NCBI GenBank assembly: GCA_951406725.2
Contig: OX597836.1
Coordinates: 496,001-560,000, forward strand
Reading direction: 5' to 3'
Length of the DNA: 64,000 bases
DNA from: Octopus vulgaris
Taxonomy: Eukaryota
Shown: piece after piece, positions 1 to 13,668 of the stretch
Numbering within the stretch: position 1 is the first letter of the stretch
Layout of the letters: every line of letters starts with the position of its first letter
Notes under the pieces: model-generated
What the model saw: only the letters and a program-made list of their open reading frames with translations
Told to the model about the DNA's origin: nothing
Databases searched by the model: none
Translations under genes and position numbers: made by a program

Positions 1-676
1 TCACCATCAAAATCATAAACACTGTCATCGCCGTCGTCATCATCATCATTTTCATCATCGTCTCTTTTTATTCTTTGTGAATGTGTGAGAAAATGTGTAT
101 GTGTATACATGGGTGTATACATTTCTTTCCTGGCCCAGCCATTTCAGCATTTCAGTATATATGTATATATATATATGTACATATACATATATATGTATAT
201 ACATATAAATATATACATATATATATACATATACATACATACACACACTCACATATATATACACGCATGCATGTGTGTGTATGTATATATGTACATACAC
301 ACACATATGCATATTGTTAGCATAATCAGTGTATGTCTGCTTCACATGCTAGCATGGGTTGGACAGGTCTATATGCTCTGAATCGTTTCTTATTCAGAAT
401 TACTACCTCCTAAGAAAGAATGGATAGTGATGATAAATCCATTAAACAATCACACAACCATAGATAAGATCTACCTTTACACTTTTCTTTCAACTCTTCT
501 TTCCATAACAACAAACCATTCATCCTTCCTTCTTTCTCATCTTTTCTCCTCCTTTTCTGTTTATCCCTGCACCACCACCACCACCACCACCCATGCTATC
601 CCTAATTCACATTGTTTACATTATTGTTGTTCAATTACACTTCACCCACCAAAAACAGCACATATGTATGTGTGTA

Positions 677-720
<44 letters not shown>

Positions 721-1412
721 TATAGGTACATGTGTATACATAAAAAACATATACACATATTGCATATGATACACACACACACACACATATACAAGTGCAT
801 ATACACATGTGTACCTGTATGTATGTATATAAAGTATAAATTTCTATAAACGTGTGTGAATCATTTTATTAATAAGAAAATTGTAATTATTTTTAATTGG
901 TCACAGTTAACATGATGGGAATGGTAGTGGTGTTGGTGGCTGTGGGTGGCTGTGGGTGGTTGATGCTGTCCATCATCTCCTCCCCTCCCTGACAAGCTGA
1001 CCAGACACTTGGCTAATCTGACCGGATCAAACTGAATTGAATTGAATCAGTTTGTCTGTTGATCATGTAAAAGGATTGTATTGGTAGTAGTAGTAGTTGT
1101 AGTAGTAGTAGTAGTGGAGTCTTCCACGCTACAACAACAGCCATCACAACCAATACCCCAACAAATACCATCACTACACACACACACACACATGCACACA
1201 CGCATGCATGCATGCATATACATACACCTACACAAAGGTTAAATAAAGAGGTTTGTTTTGTTGATGATGGCCACATTTGTATTTGTTTATAGAATCTTCT
1301 TTTGCATGTTCAGTAATCGAAGAGTGCAGTAGTAACAACAACAACAACAACAACAGCAACTGCTACAGCTGCAGAAGTAGTCAATAAAAAGGCGGTGTTG
1401 GTGATGTATTCT
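1..1412 (-). other. Probable 3' UTR of cpo (end undefined)
   Basis: Follows the stop of the putative last exon. Minus-strand AATAAA occurs at 865-870 and 67-72. The region contains simple repeats but no recognisable transposon. Confidence 0.45.
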
Positions 1413-1472
1413 TTAGTATGCTGCAGCTTGCACCGGAGACTGGCCAGTCGCTGGAACATCTTCTTTACGAGT
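1413..1472 (-). CDS. cpo: Probable terminal coding exon of cpo (TRKEDVPATGQSPVQAAAY*)
   Basis: Strong polypyrimidine tract and acceptor on the minus strand (ctctttatgtttcacttttttcttccttctcatAG|act cgt aaa...). It is phase 0, matching the preceding donor, with non-repetitive sequence ending in TAA at 1415-1413. No homology is recognisable, so support is splice signal plus phase only. Confidence 0.7.
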   Translation of the reverse strand, partial: TRKEDVPATGQSPVQAAAY

Positions 1473-1912
1473 CTATGAGAAGGAAGAAAAAAGTGAAACA
1501 TAAAGAGATGCATTTATAGTTTTACAAAAACGTATTTGGACACCTCTGTAAGCATTCTCGAAACACAGGACTGCTTTAATTTTATCTTTCTTAACAGTTT
1601 TGAAATATAAAAGCAAAACTACTGCTTTGAAACAAGCTCTTTCTTATGTATGTGTGTGTTTGCATGTGTGTATGTTAGTATGTATGTATATATACATATA
1701 TACATATATATATATATACACATTTCAAAGTGTAACCGCATGTGTATCGTTGGCGGTTTTCTCCCTCCGTCTTCCCTTCCTTTGGACTTTCCTCTATTTT
1801 TGAAGAAGAGCTTTGCTCGAAATGTTAAACCATCTTTCTTTCCTTTCCTCTGCATCTCATAATACAATACTTGCATTATTGCTTTTTATTGTTTGTTCTT
1901 CTTTGTTTGGAT

Positions 1913-1966
<54 letters not shown>

Positions 1967-1980
1967 CATACATACACTAC

Positions 1981-2210
1981 AGGACACTGTCTTGGGGCCA
2001 TTACCATTCATGGTGGTCCTCCCAGATATGCCCTCATCCACACAGAGACCCATCCTCACAAGCTATGCAGATGACACAAAATCATCACAGGTAATACAAA
2101 ACACCAAAGATGGCAGCACCTGCAACAAAAGTTAGATGCAAAACACAAGTGGGCTGATGACAAGTCCCAATGCAGTTTAATGCTGGAAAGTTCCAAGCCT
2201 CATACGATCA
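1981..2210 (+). mobile_element. CR1/L2-like LINE reverse transcriptase fragment
   Basis: Translation QDTVLGPLPFMVVLPDMP...LTSYADDTK matches the QG..LGP.LF...YADD RT motifs; truncated. Confidence 0.75.
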
Positions 2211-2334
2211 GCAGACAAAGTTAAATGCAATGCAGACAAAATACACTCAACTTGGAAGGATTGCAGTTCCTGCCATGTGCATATTACTAAGTGGCAATGA
2301 AATGCAGATGGTTGACTGGATATGTATGTGTTAA

Positions 2335-2680
2335 AGGAATATTTGGCAGATTCCCAAACACCCTGCCCAGGAATCAAACCTGAATCAGTAATCACCTGTA
2401 AAAATAACAATAACCTGGATGCTATCAAAGATTGGTCATGTCAGAAAGCAACTGACCCCATACACTCTGATAAACACTGTTTAAGAACTGTTTTGTTTTT
2501 ACAGTAGCTTGTTGACCAGAAAGAATACAGTGGACTCAGTAGTCGTTTAACTCATTAAATCCCAGTTTTGTAAACTAGCACCTTTTTCTGAACAAAAAAC
2601 ATAAATAGTTGTCATTAACAATTTTGTGTTTGGCTCCTATTCTTTGAAAGACATTAGCTGTTTATTAGGTTGTTTATTTG
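2335..2680 (-). mobile_element. Degenerate LINE RT fragment (CR1-like); related copy at 4145-4530
   Basis: Shares visible sequence with 4145-4530 (ggaatcaaacctgaatca...tgtaaaaataaca...ggatgct.tcaaagattg...ctgataa.cac). Minus-strand translation of the 4.2 kb copy resembles the L..KL...W..F...R.Q RT segment. Confidence 0.5.
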
Positions 2681-4144
2681 CCAACCAGCAGTGCCTGTTA
2701 GGGAAGAATATTGCAACAGGAATTTACAGCAGTTTATATCAGCCAAGGACCATGACAACAACGACAAAAAATAACCATTATCACAGCTTAAAGCAGTTCA
2801 CTGCTGGAATCCACACAGTGGTGGCTAACATCATTACCAACTCAACATCTCATACAAACTTCTACAATTGACTTGAAATATACTTATCTTACACTGGTTA
2901 CAGTGAAAGACTGCTATGCAGCTTGTCAGTGCAACAAGCAAGTTCAGAAACATTGCTGATACTTCAGCTGAACTGTCCCTGAGAATCTTTTTTTCCTCCT
3001 TGAGTTTTCCCTGATGTTGTGGCCTCGCCCAAACTGCTACGTTTCCTATTGTTGATACACTGGTGACCATGCTTCAAAAACATTACACAGTTTCTCAACA
3101 CATCAAACAAATGTTAAAATCACCACCAAGTTGTCAGTATGCTACCTGTAACATCATCAAATGTCCTCAAATGCAACAAATAAATTCTTCTTCATCTCGT
3201 TCATCTTCAAAATAAGTCTTAGTCAACATTGACCACCTAAAACAGCTCACCTTGGATCTTAACATCACCCCACCACCTCAACACACCCAACAACATTCAT
3301 ATTCTTCCGCTGATGTCTCCATCTACTCCAGTGACATGCTTTTGAGTCAGTGAATGCTTTCTCTAGCAAAGGAGTTAAAATTATTAAAAAACAAAAAAAA
3401 ACATTTGTTCTTCATCATGGTTATCCTTTTTTACTAATTTCACCTTCCTTCTGCTCATACATGCATACATCGGAACATGTATACATTGCACACACACTGC
3501 ATGTATACAACATGGAAACATGCACAACATGGAAACATGCACTTAGCCAAGACATTCATTGCTAGTAGCATACATAAATTCAGTGGGAACAAAAGATGCC
3601 GGCAGACTTTAGCTGCTTTGTTCAGAAGGCTGGAAATAGCTGGATTTGTTCACTAGGCTGGCACACAGGTATAGATTATACAACCCATTTTGAGATTCAC
3701 ATGAATATGCAAACAACTTACAGCTATACTGACTCACCCGTACAAACACACATACTCTGATTATGTCACTGACTCACACATTCAGCTGCAGACCACTGAC
3801 TCAACATACATGCATTCTCAATCAGAATTCCCCTAGTATTTTTATAATCATACTCTGTCTGACCTAATATTCTACCACAATTATGGATTCTCTTGCGTAT
3901 TTTCCCTGCTCTTGGCTATGCAGGTTGTTCAGACCTTGAGCTCTCATAGTATTTCACATGTAAGACAGCCTTGCAATGAACAGTGGAAAAGTTTTCTGTC
4001 AAGAATTCAACATTTTTGCAGCCACATCACCTGCTCACCATTTACACAATTTAACCAACAACTCTTAGTCATGCATTCACACGTTCTAATGCATATTCTT
4101 CACACACTTCATATCTACACTTCTGGCATTTTGTTCAATTAACC

Positions 4145-4530
4145 ATTGCAGGTCATTGTATTGGCAGGGGAGTCCTGTAGCAGGGATATTTGGTAGTGCA
4201 TCAAACACCAACTTAGGAATCAAACCTGAATCACTATATTCACATGTAAAAATAACACTAACAATAAACAGGATGCTCTCAAAGATTGATGGCACCAGCA
4301 ATTGACCAACCGGGTACTGTCTGATAAGCACATTGAGAATTTGATTTTATTACAGTGACTGGTTGACCAGGAAAAAATACAATCCAGCAGAAGTTTAAAC
4401 TCATTAAATTCAAGTTTTGCAAACAAGCATCTTTCCACTTTTTTGGACAAAATAACATATGGGATGGCCATAAACAATTTTTGGTACCTATTCCCTGAAT
4501 AGGTATAAGCTATGTATAAGTTGTTTTACT
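4145..4530 (-). mobile_element. Degenerate LINE RT fragment (CR1-like); second copy
   Basis: Same-orientation diverged copy of 2335-2680. Confidence 0.5.
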
Positions 4531-5011
4531 GCTAAGTCTCCAGTGGCTGTGACACAGCCAAGATCAATGGCTGCCTCATCTGTGTCCCTCAACATTAACA
4601 ACAAAGAGGGCAGCAGTTATGACACAGCTTGAACCAACTGGCAGCTTGAACCTTTACCATTCACAGCTAATGTCTTTCTCAAAACACGTCTTGCCTAATC
4701 TGCAGTTTGATGTTCATAGTAATGATATTATTTTGTTAATGTTGGAATTTCACACTAACTTTGTGTTCTTCGCTCTCTCAGCTCAGTCAGATTATGTTGG
4801 CTACATTGGGGCCAATCAAACAACAAGCAGTGTAACATTACACACACACACATTACACTTTCTTTATTATTATTATATTTGAAAGTGTGGAGCTACAGGA
4901 CATATTGTTCACAGGGAAGGCAAACATGACATCACCATCATTTACTCCCATGGTTACTTGGGTAAAATTAGTAAAAACAGCATACATGCACAAACATGCA
5001 CAGGTGCTAAT

Positions 5012-5073
<62 letters not shown>

Positions 5074-5285
5074 GATGATTTCCACAGAGCTTCACTGATA
5101 AATTTGATTGAGAAGATATTTACCCAAAGTATTGTGAAGTGAGATTGTATGATTGTGCTGTAAGCTTCTTGACCACATGACCATGCCAGCATCCCCCCCC
5201 CACTCTAAATATATATATACACACACACATATATACCTATAAACATTTATATATGTACACACACACACACATATATATGTATATC

Positions 5286-5323
<38 letters not shown>

Positions 5324-5537
5324 GGATTATTACAAAGCAGCATTAGCATTTTATTCATTTTGATATATAAATACAGCCTCAAATAGGCCTACTTTGAATA
5401 CCTAACTGTGAGCAAACAGGTAAATGTGTGGAGAAATCTCTTATTAATTACCAATATATATATATGTGTGTGTGTGTGTAAGTACAGATATACATACATA
5501 TACATGTATATATACACACATAAGTATGTACATGTAC

Positions 5538-5608
<71 letters not shown>

Positions 5609-7162
5609 CAAAAGAAATATATAAATATGATAATTACTTTGCTTAATTAAGCATGAAACTGTGTTTATAGTAAAACCTGTGAAGGATGTGTCATTCTGAC
5701 TATGTTCACCAAAGAAAAGGAAAAAAAAAAGAATCAAATGAAGAAATGCCTAAGTTATGATTAGCTGTGTACAATGTACTGTACAAAATATATGTATAAT
5801 GTTTGGAATGTATAATATATATGTCTATTATGAATATGGTTCTATTACTACATGTGAATTTTAAGGTTTTATATGCAAAACTGATTTATTAACCGTAGGA
5901 AGTGAACATATATTAAATAGTATTTGAATATTTTTATCTATGATATACGTATGTTTTCTGTAACAGGGTTATATATAACATGCCATGATAATATTTATGC
6001 AAAAGAATATTTATATAATATGTATAAGGAATGCATGTTATGATGATGCATTTATGAAAAACCAGTTTTAGCTTGTTTCTTTTAAAATGTCATCAATAAT
6101 GACAGCACATGCTCACACACACACACACACACACACACAGACTTCAAACTCACACAAATATACATGCACCTACATGCAAACATATATATATACACATATT
6201 TTTATGCATGCATATATATAAATATGCAATCAAATGTATACAGAAACTTATTAGTGAAGGCAAGTATATATGTGTGAATGCACATATATCCTGCACACAT
6301 GCGCATGCTCATGCATTTGTAATCATGCACATCTTTAATACATACATGCCATTATTATTTTCATTATCATCAGCTTTATAATTATTGTTATTATTGTTGT
6401 TACTATTGTTATTGTTGTTTTATTACATACCTCGATACTGGTGGTAGATGTGACTGGTTTCATCCAACATACACTTGGCATTAGCTGGGTACAGCAACAT
6501 ATGCAAAGAAAGGCAGTGTGAGGGTTATATTGTTTTGGATTGTTATGTGTAGAAATTGTGTGTGTGTGTGTGTGTGTGTGTGTATTATTGCATTAGAATG
6601 ACTGGGTAAGGCGGTAGGCATCTTTGTTGTGTTCAGTTTACAGTAACTGTGGTACCAAACTAATTAATTTCAATATTTAATTATCAACTTCATTCAAAAA
6701 ATTTATTTTCTTTTCAGAAATCACAGAGATGAGACATTCAGCTACAAGTTGAGAGCAGTATTTTAACAAGATCACAGATGAATTGATAACCTTTCTTCAA
6801 TATGCAATTTAAAGTTGTATTTAGCTTTAAGTTCTATATCTTTTCCTTATGATTTATGGTAAATTTGTGGCAGCTCATCAGAGACCTTGAAGTTTAATTG
6901 AAGCTTCTTTTTTATAGCTTTGTTCATTCTGCTTTGAAGAGCCTGTGAGACTAACTAGAGCAAAAAGAGAAAGAAACAAAGAAGTGTACTAAGTCTAAAA
7001 CTTTTATTTCTTTAGTTGCATAATCACAGAGTGGCAACAATCTGTTGGGCAAAGAGACACTGTTTGGGCTATAAAAGAAAACTATAATGGTTCAAATAAA
7101 ACATGTCTGTGTGTAGTGCCTTTGCAAAAGATTGATGTTAAATGATTTTTACATATATATAT

Positions 7163-7469
7163 ATCACGTGATCACGTGACCGACCAGACCATCAGATGTT
7201 GCTACACATCGCTGTTCACAATGCGTTCGCATTGTTTTAGCCTTCGAATGACGCCACCCAGCTGGCTAAGCGAGCAGGCCAACAGAAGAAAGAGTGAGAG
7301 AAAAAGTGGTGAAGGAGTACAACAGGGATCACCACCCCCTGCCGGAGCGTCGTGGAGCTTTTAGGTGTTTTCGCTCAATAAACACACACAACGCCCCCGG
7401 TCTGGGAATCGAAACTGCGATCCTACGACCGCGAGTCCGCTGCCCTAACCACTGGGCCATTGCGCCTCC
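7163..7469 (-). mobile_element. Full-length tRNA-derived SINE (tRNA-Arg-like head)
   Basis: Minus strand begins GGAGGCGCAATGGCCCAGTGGTTAGGGCAGCGGACTCGCGG...GTTTCGATTCCC, giving an A box, a TCG anticodon-like loop and a B box. It is CpG-rich, ends in a (CACGTGAT)2 tail and sits between microsatellites. Confidence 0.85.
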
Positions 7470-7482
7470 ACACACACACACA

Positions 7483-7545
<63 letters not shown>

Positions 7546-7549
<4 letters not shown>

Positions 7550-7829
7550 TGGAGTAAGCACATAAATGTGAAACAAGGTGTAAAAAAGAGTACTCAAATA
7601 CCAGAGCTAGAGAAATATGCTTATTTAAAAGCAGCAGAAATATAACAAAAGCTGTTACTCAGAGTTTCACATTCCCATTCGTCGGACAGTTTTGTTAACA
7701 ATATGTTAACTCTGAGTAACAGCTTTTGTTATATTTCTGCAGCTTTTAAATAAAGCATATTACTCTACCTCTGGTATTTGAGTACTATTTTTTCCACCTT
7801 GTTTCACATTTATATGCTTATTCCGGTAT
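7546..7829. mobile_element. Palindromic non-autonomous element in (TA)n with hammerhead-like motif
   Basis: Arms 7546-7666 and 7708-7829 are reverse complements and (TA)n lies on both sides. A hammerhead-like fold is present on the minus strand at 7652-7689. Confidence 0.8.
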
Positions 7830-7933
7830 ATATACATTTATATATATATATATACACACACAGATAATACATATAACACACACACATTAATATATGTGTA
7901 TGTATGTATATCTACATGTGTATGTAAATCTTG

Positions 7934-7997
<64 letters not shown>

Positions 7998-8227
7998 AAT
8001 GTATTATGAATATATTAAGATTAGTATAATATATATTCATTAAATCCATTTCTTCATATCCTTAGCCTCCTCCCCCTCCTCCTCATTCTTCTTCTTCTTC
8101 TTCTTCCCACATGATCTTATTATACTTATTATTCATCCCCTAACCATACTTTTATTTATTTTTAGTTCCCCCCTGAAATAAGCCCAAAACAACATCCAGA
8201 AGCTGCACAATGCAAGAGTGCACCTTT

Positions 8228-8420
8228 GATGCAAGTCTGATGAAGCACCACTCTAATGTCTAAAATTGAAAATATTATGTAAATTTTCATTTTGAATTTT
8301 GTGTAGAACTGGTTTTGCAAACAGAGTTGGTACAGAAACAAATGTAACGAATCATTAAAGATGTGTTAAAGTATTTCTTTGTCTTATTCTTTGTATTATA
8401 CGTTACTCTTCACTACAGCC
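8228..8420. repeat. Unclassified dispersed repeat; second copy at about 52150-52300
   Basis: Both copies share ctctaatgtc...gtaaattttca.tttgaatttt.tgt..aactgg...cagagttggtacagaaacaa.tg.aacgaatcattaaagatgtgttaaa. Confidence 0.7.
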
Positions 8421-8612
8421 ACACAATGGTTTAACCATTGTGAAACCAGAATTTTTCACACCTGAAGGATTTTGGTATTAATCTGGAATCTGACAGTGTT
8501 GACAGCCCAGAGGTTGGGTTGAGGGCTTCCCTGGAAATACCCTACTTTTATACCCTACCAGGACCTTACACACACACACACACACACAAACACAAACACA
8601 CATTTATACACA

Positions 8613-8647
<35 letters not shown>

Positions 8648-9443
8648 TATCATATATGTGTTAAAATATATACACACATAATAAAAGAGAAGAGAACAGA
8701 GGTTTTCATTTATTTCATCTGTTGAACATGTTTTCAGTATTCATTAATAAATGATGCTGCACTATAAATGCAATCCATAGATGCACTTTATAAGTGCAGC
8801 ATCCAGACCTTATGGTTCCTCAGAGAGACAAGAAATACTTGTCACAAACCTGCAGTTACCTTAACTACTTGAGAGGGATACAGCCTCGTAGGGAGAGCAA
8901 GCAGGAGTGGAGTGAGATCCAGTCCCTCCCTAATCTTAGATGTAAACTGGTGTTGATAAGAAATTGGAGTCAGTTGCCAGCTGAAATGTGGGGTCATAGG
9001 TTGCATTATATGTCCTTAGGAGAAGGAGAAGCATATAGATATTGTATATAAATGGCTGGCAGACAGGGCAGGGGTTATAAATCTCCACCCTTCAGATAGA
9101 TGTGCTTGGCTATGTACACACAAACACACACATATATCATCATCATTTAACATCCCTTTTTCCATGCTGGTATGGGTTGAACAATTTGATCAGAACAGAG
9201 GGGCCAGAGGACTCCTCCAGTTCCTATGTCTGCTTTGGCATCATTTCTACAGCTCGATGCCCTTACTAATGTCACCCACTTAAAAGAGGGCACTGGGTGC
9301 TTTTTACATGGCACCAGCACCAGTGAGGTTGCCAAGTACCCACAAGATAAGATCTCTCATCTGAGTGGGATGGAGACTTGAGGGACAAGAGACCATGATA
9401 GAGGGAGAGGAGCAGGTGTCTTGGTGAAGGGGTGAATATGTAT

Positions 9444-10280
9444 TCTGATCAATAAGTATCTGGACTGTTGTGATAGTAACGAAGCTAAAGCCTGCAGAGT
9501 GAAGCTGCTTGACACAGATTGATCTTGATCTCTGCTGGGCATGTGCACTAAGTTTTAACATTCTAGCTGTTTGTAGCAGTGCTTGGAAGGAAGGTGTGTT
9601 GCGTATGATCATTGCATTGACTATAACAGAGAAAGTTGAGCAGAGAATCTGCATCAAACTTTGCCAAAGCTTGGCAATACTTGCTCTGAGGCCTACACAA
9701 AGTTTTCAAAATGTTTCCATCATTCTCAACACTTCAAGGAGATCTTGTGTAATTGAAACCCGAATGTCGTTTTGGTCAGCTGAAAGCATTTTTGGCACAA
9801 GCTTAGCAGACACTCAAATCTTCAGTGATAATGGACTGAACTGAACCGTAACTAATCTGCACATCCTCTGATAACTCACGGATGGTGATTCGATGATGTC
9901 CCCTCACAGCTGCTTTCCCATCTGCGATGTTTTTCTCAGTTCTGCTGGTTGTGGGTCTCCCAGAACATTCGTAAATATCAACATTTTTTGGCCATCTTGA
10001 AAACGTCTGAAACACTCAAAAACTTGTGTGTGGCTCTTACACCTCTCTCCATACACTTTCTGCCACTTTCCATAGGCCTCTGAGCAGGTATTGCCATGAC
10101 GACTTTCTCAGTTATGGCCAATGCGATGATCACACACTGCCCACCTTCCTTCCAATCTAGAACATTAAAACTTAGTGCACATGCACTGCAGGGCTGAAGG
10201 TCAATCTGTGCCTGACAGCTTTTCTCTGATGCTTTGGCTTTGTTATTATGGTAACACTCCGGATACTTATTGATCAGACC
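9444..10280. mobile_element. Mariner-derived composite made of two inward-facing 5' ends
   Basis: TIR ctgatcaataagtatc(t/c)gga at both ends. The plus strand gives TEKVEQRICIK; the minus strand gives SGRPTTSRTEKNI...HRITIRELSEDVQISYGSVQSIITEDL, the mariner transposase HTH region. Confidence 0.8.
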
Positions 10281-10479
10281 TAGCCCATGGCTTGCCCACC
10301 TGGAAAGTAAGAGGGAAAGAAAAAGAGATATGTAAGGTCCAAGTACAATGTGAATATGAGACAGAATGAGAAGGGCACTGAGTGAAAAAATAGTGGGATG
10401 GATGATTAGAAACAGAGAATGAGTTGGATGCAGAGGACATCAGTTTTAGTGGGAAGTGAAGAGAATAGAAGATAAATTG

Positions 10480-10985
10480 TGGGGAAAAGTTTGACAGTTC
10501 TGCTGAGATGGGTGGGTCTTCTCAATCACAGCATAATACCATTCATCTTGGTACCCCGTTATTTCTGAGAAGCTCAAAATCTTGAGGTTAGTCTTCGTCA
10601 CTTTGTCTCACGTCTTCCACATGTTTCTTCCATGTTTAGTGAATGGTACTCCTTTATACAGCTGTCTTCATCCATCCACATCACATGACTATACCAGCAC
10701 AATCTCTCTTCAGTCCACCACATCTGATGCTTCTTATGCCCAATTTTTCCCCATTGATATTGCACATCCATCTAAGCATACTGGTTTCATTTCTTTCAAG
10801 TATTCCTAATGTCTTTTACATTCACAATCCAAGTTTCACAGCCACATTGCTGGTTTTACACAAACATCACACAATCTGCCTTTCTTTCATAAAAAATAGA
10901 TTTACCTGTGCTTTAATTACCAACGTGCATCCACCTCTATTGCCAATTAGGTTACCTAGATAACAGAAACTATTGACTATTTCTT
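10480..10985 (-). mobile_element. Old RTE LINE 3' fragment
   Basis: Diverged match to the 16-18 kb RTE copies (acctagataacagaa.ctat, catgac.ataccag, ccacatctgatgcttctt). Confidence 0.65.
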
Positions 10986-11186
10986 TATTTTAATCAGTTG
11001 AAATCATAAAGTGACTCAAAGGTCAAGAGTTTTGTGCAAAGAGTTTGATAAGGGTCATGGACGAAACTTTCGGCCCTTGAGTCATTTTGTAACTTCTGCA
11101 GGCTAAAATAAAAAAAAAGAAAATTTATAAACTTAAGTTTTGGGCACTATTGTTCTTGCTTGTGTTAACAGAAACCTATATATCAC

Positions 11187-11236
<50 letters not shown>

Positions 11237-11552
11237 AAAAAAAATACACACACACACACACACACACATACACATCATCATCATTTTAATGTCTGCTATT
11301 CTATGCCTGCATGGTTCAAATACTATTTGTTGAAGCACATTTCTTTCAGCTGGTTGCTCTTCCTGTCACTAATCCTCATTTGTTTCCAAGCAACAGAATA
11401 TTTCTCTTTGACTGGGCATATTTTCATGGAAGATTGGAAATGAAAAAAAAAACACTTGTATGATGGTGACACTTATCAAGGTGTTATGCAGTAGGATTGA
11501 ATCTGGATGGTTAGGAAGTAAACTTTTTAAGCACACATAGCCTGCACCCCTG

Positions 11553-11636
<84 letters not shown>

Positions 11637-11749
11637 TACAATTTGTTTCTGAATATATGTATGTATGTATAAGGACAGTCAAACCTGAATTGATGAACCA
11701 CTCAATATATCTAAGTAGAATGCCATATTTATTTTAACCAAGAAAAGGT

Positions 11750-12470
11750 TGATAGTGACTTTGAAGTTTTGATTCAGTTGCTTTCATCATACTGTAAATC
11801 TATTTTTTGCTTCTTATAGTTTTGTTGTTCCTCTTGTGGGTGGGGCATTTTAAAGTATGTAGGGAGATGGTGGAAGGGATTAGTAGGGCAAGGAAGAAAC
11901 TGTTTTTGTTGGTAAATGGTTTTGTTTGTTTCAAGAAGATATCATTTGCTTAAATTAGTTACATTTATTGGAGGAAATTAATTATATTCTGATTTGGATT
12001 TATTCAACCCTGGATATAAAAACTACTATTTTTTCCCCTTATGCTATGATGAAAAACCATCAAGGTTTTATAACACCAGAAGTAGAATGATGGGGCTAAT
12101 CAAATAGAAAAGTTTTGATTTTCATTTGCTAAGCTGACCATAAGAAAATCTTTTCACGAGTTCAGTTTATCCACAAGGTTTAGTTCAACAACTTTGAATA
12201 ATTTTTGTTGAAATGTTCTGATGGTCATGATGAAGCAGAGTTCAAAAGGAAACGAGTGTGTTGAAATTTTCCTGACATGACAGTAACAATTAGGAAATGG
12301 GGGCAGAATATTTTAAAGGTGAATTCTGAGCTAGTTCAACATTTGGTGCATGAAGGTCATAGTTTGATTGGCAATTGGCTGCCATTTCTATCGGGTTTAG
12401 TTATGTAGTGATCTCCCTTATCTCATATACACACATATATTATCTGAAGGAGTTTTGGGTGATATTTTCA
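11750..12470 (-). mobile_element. Degenerate mariner transposase remnant
   Basis: Minus strand shows decayed mariner-like segments (N-terminal HTH region and W..Y.N...K catalytic-entry-like text) with many frameshifts and stops. Boundaries are approximate. Confidence 0.45.
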
Positions 12471-12471
12471 A

Positions 12472-12523
<52 letters not shown>

Positions 12524-13574
12524 TGCATACATACATACATCCATCCATCCATCAAGAAGTAATGATCAAGGAAATCTGATTGGACAGATTCATGATAAAA
12601 AGGTCATAATTTAATCTCATATATTTAGTGTAATTTGTGTATATATATAGTAAAAAGAAATTCCACCAAAAATATGTCCCTCCAACAACATATACATTCA
12701 CAATTGCCTTAATGGAGGAACATCTAAATTCAGTATTTGAAATTATAAGTATTTTTGCAAATATTTAGATTTTGTTTTACGAAAACTGTAATACGACAAC
12801 CCAACTGTAATATAACAAAATTTATGCAGTGAATAGACTTTGCATAAAATTTGTATGTTGTGGTGCCTATATTTTCACCATTTCATTTAGGATGTGTCAT
12901 ACTGATATTAATATTTCATTTGTATGGAATGCTTGCTGCATGCACTTTTGGTAAATGAACTATGATCAAAAGCTCTTCTTGCATTTTATAAGATATATCA
13001 TTACAAGAATCTTGCAAACCAAAATCAAAAACCATATATATTATTACAAATCTATATGAAATATATGGAATGTATATTATGACATGGTATTTATTAAATG
13101 TCACTGTCAGCTTATTTTGTGTAGAGAGCCAACATGTGTATGCAAAAATATACATGTATACATATGTATATATGTGTACATATATACATATAAATACACA
13201 CACACACATATGGGATTATAGTTGTAATAATGAAGTCAAACCAAATAATGATATTTTGAAATAATTTCACACATACTTTTTAGGTGTGAGTAACAAATAA
13301 TAGGAAATTCACCCACTCAGCAAGAGCTTTCTCAGTTAAAACATTTCAAAATAGAAGTCAGTCAATGGAAATATTACACCCATGTATATATGGTGGCTGT
13401 TACTTCATTTTGAGCAATGCATATACACACATATATATACACACACATATATATATGTATATACACACATATACATACAAATATGTGTATATATATACTT
13501 ATATTTACATATGTATATATATATATATAGGAGTGGCTGTGCAGCAAGCCACTTACCACACAGCCACTCCTGCG

Positions 13575-13666
<92 letters not shown>

Positions 13667-13668
<2 letters not shown>

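Noticed and set aside
7390-7469. tRNA-Arg gene
   Set aside because: It has A/B boxes but no proper acceptor stem and continues into a SINE body and tail.
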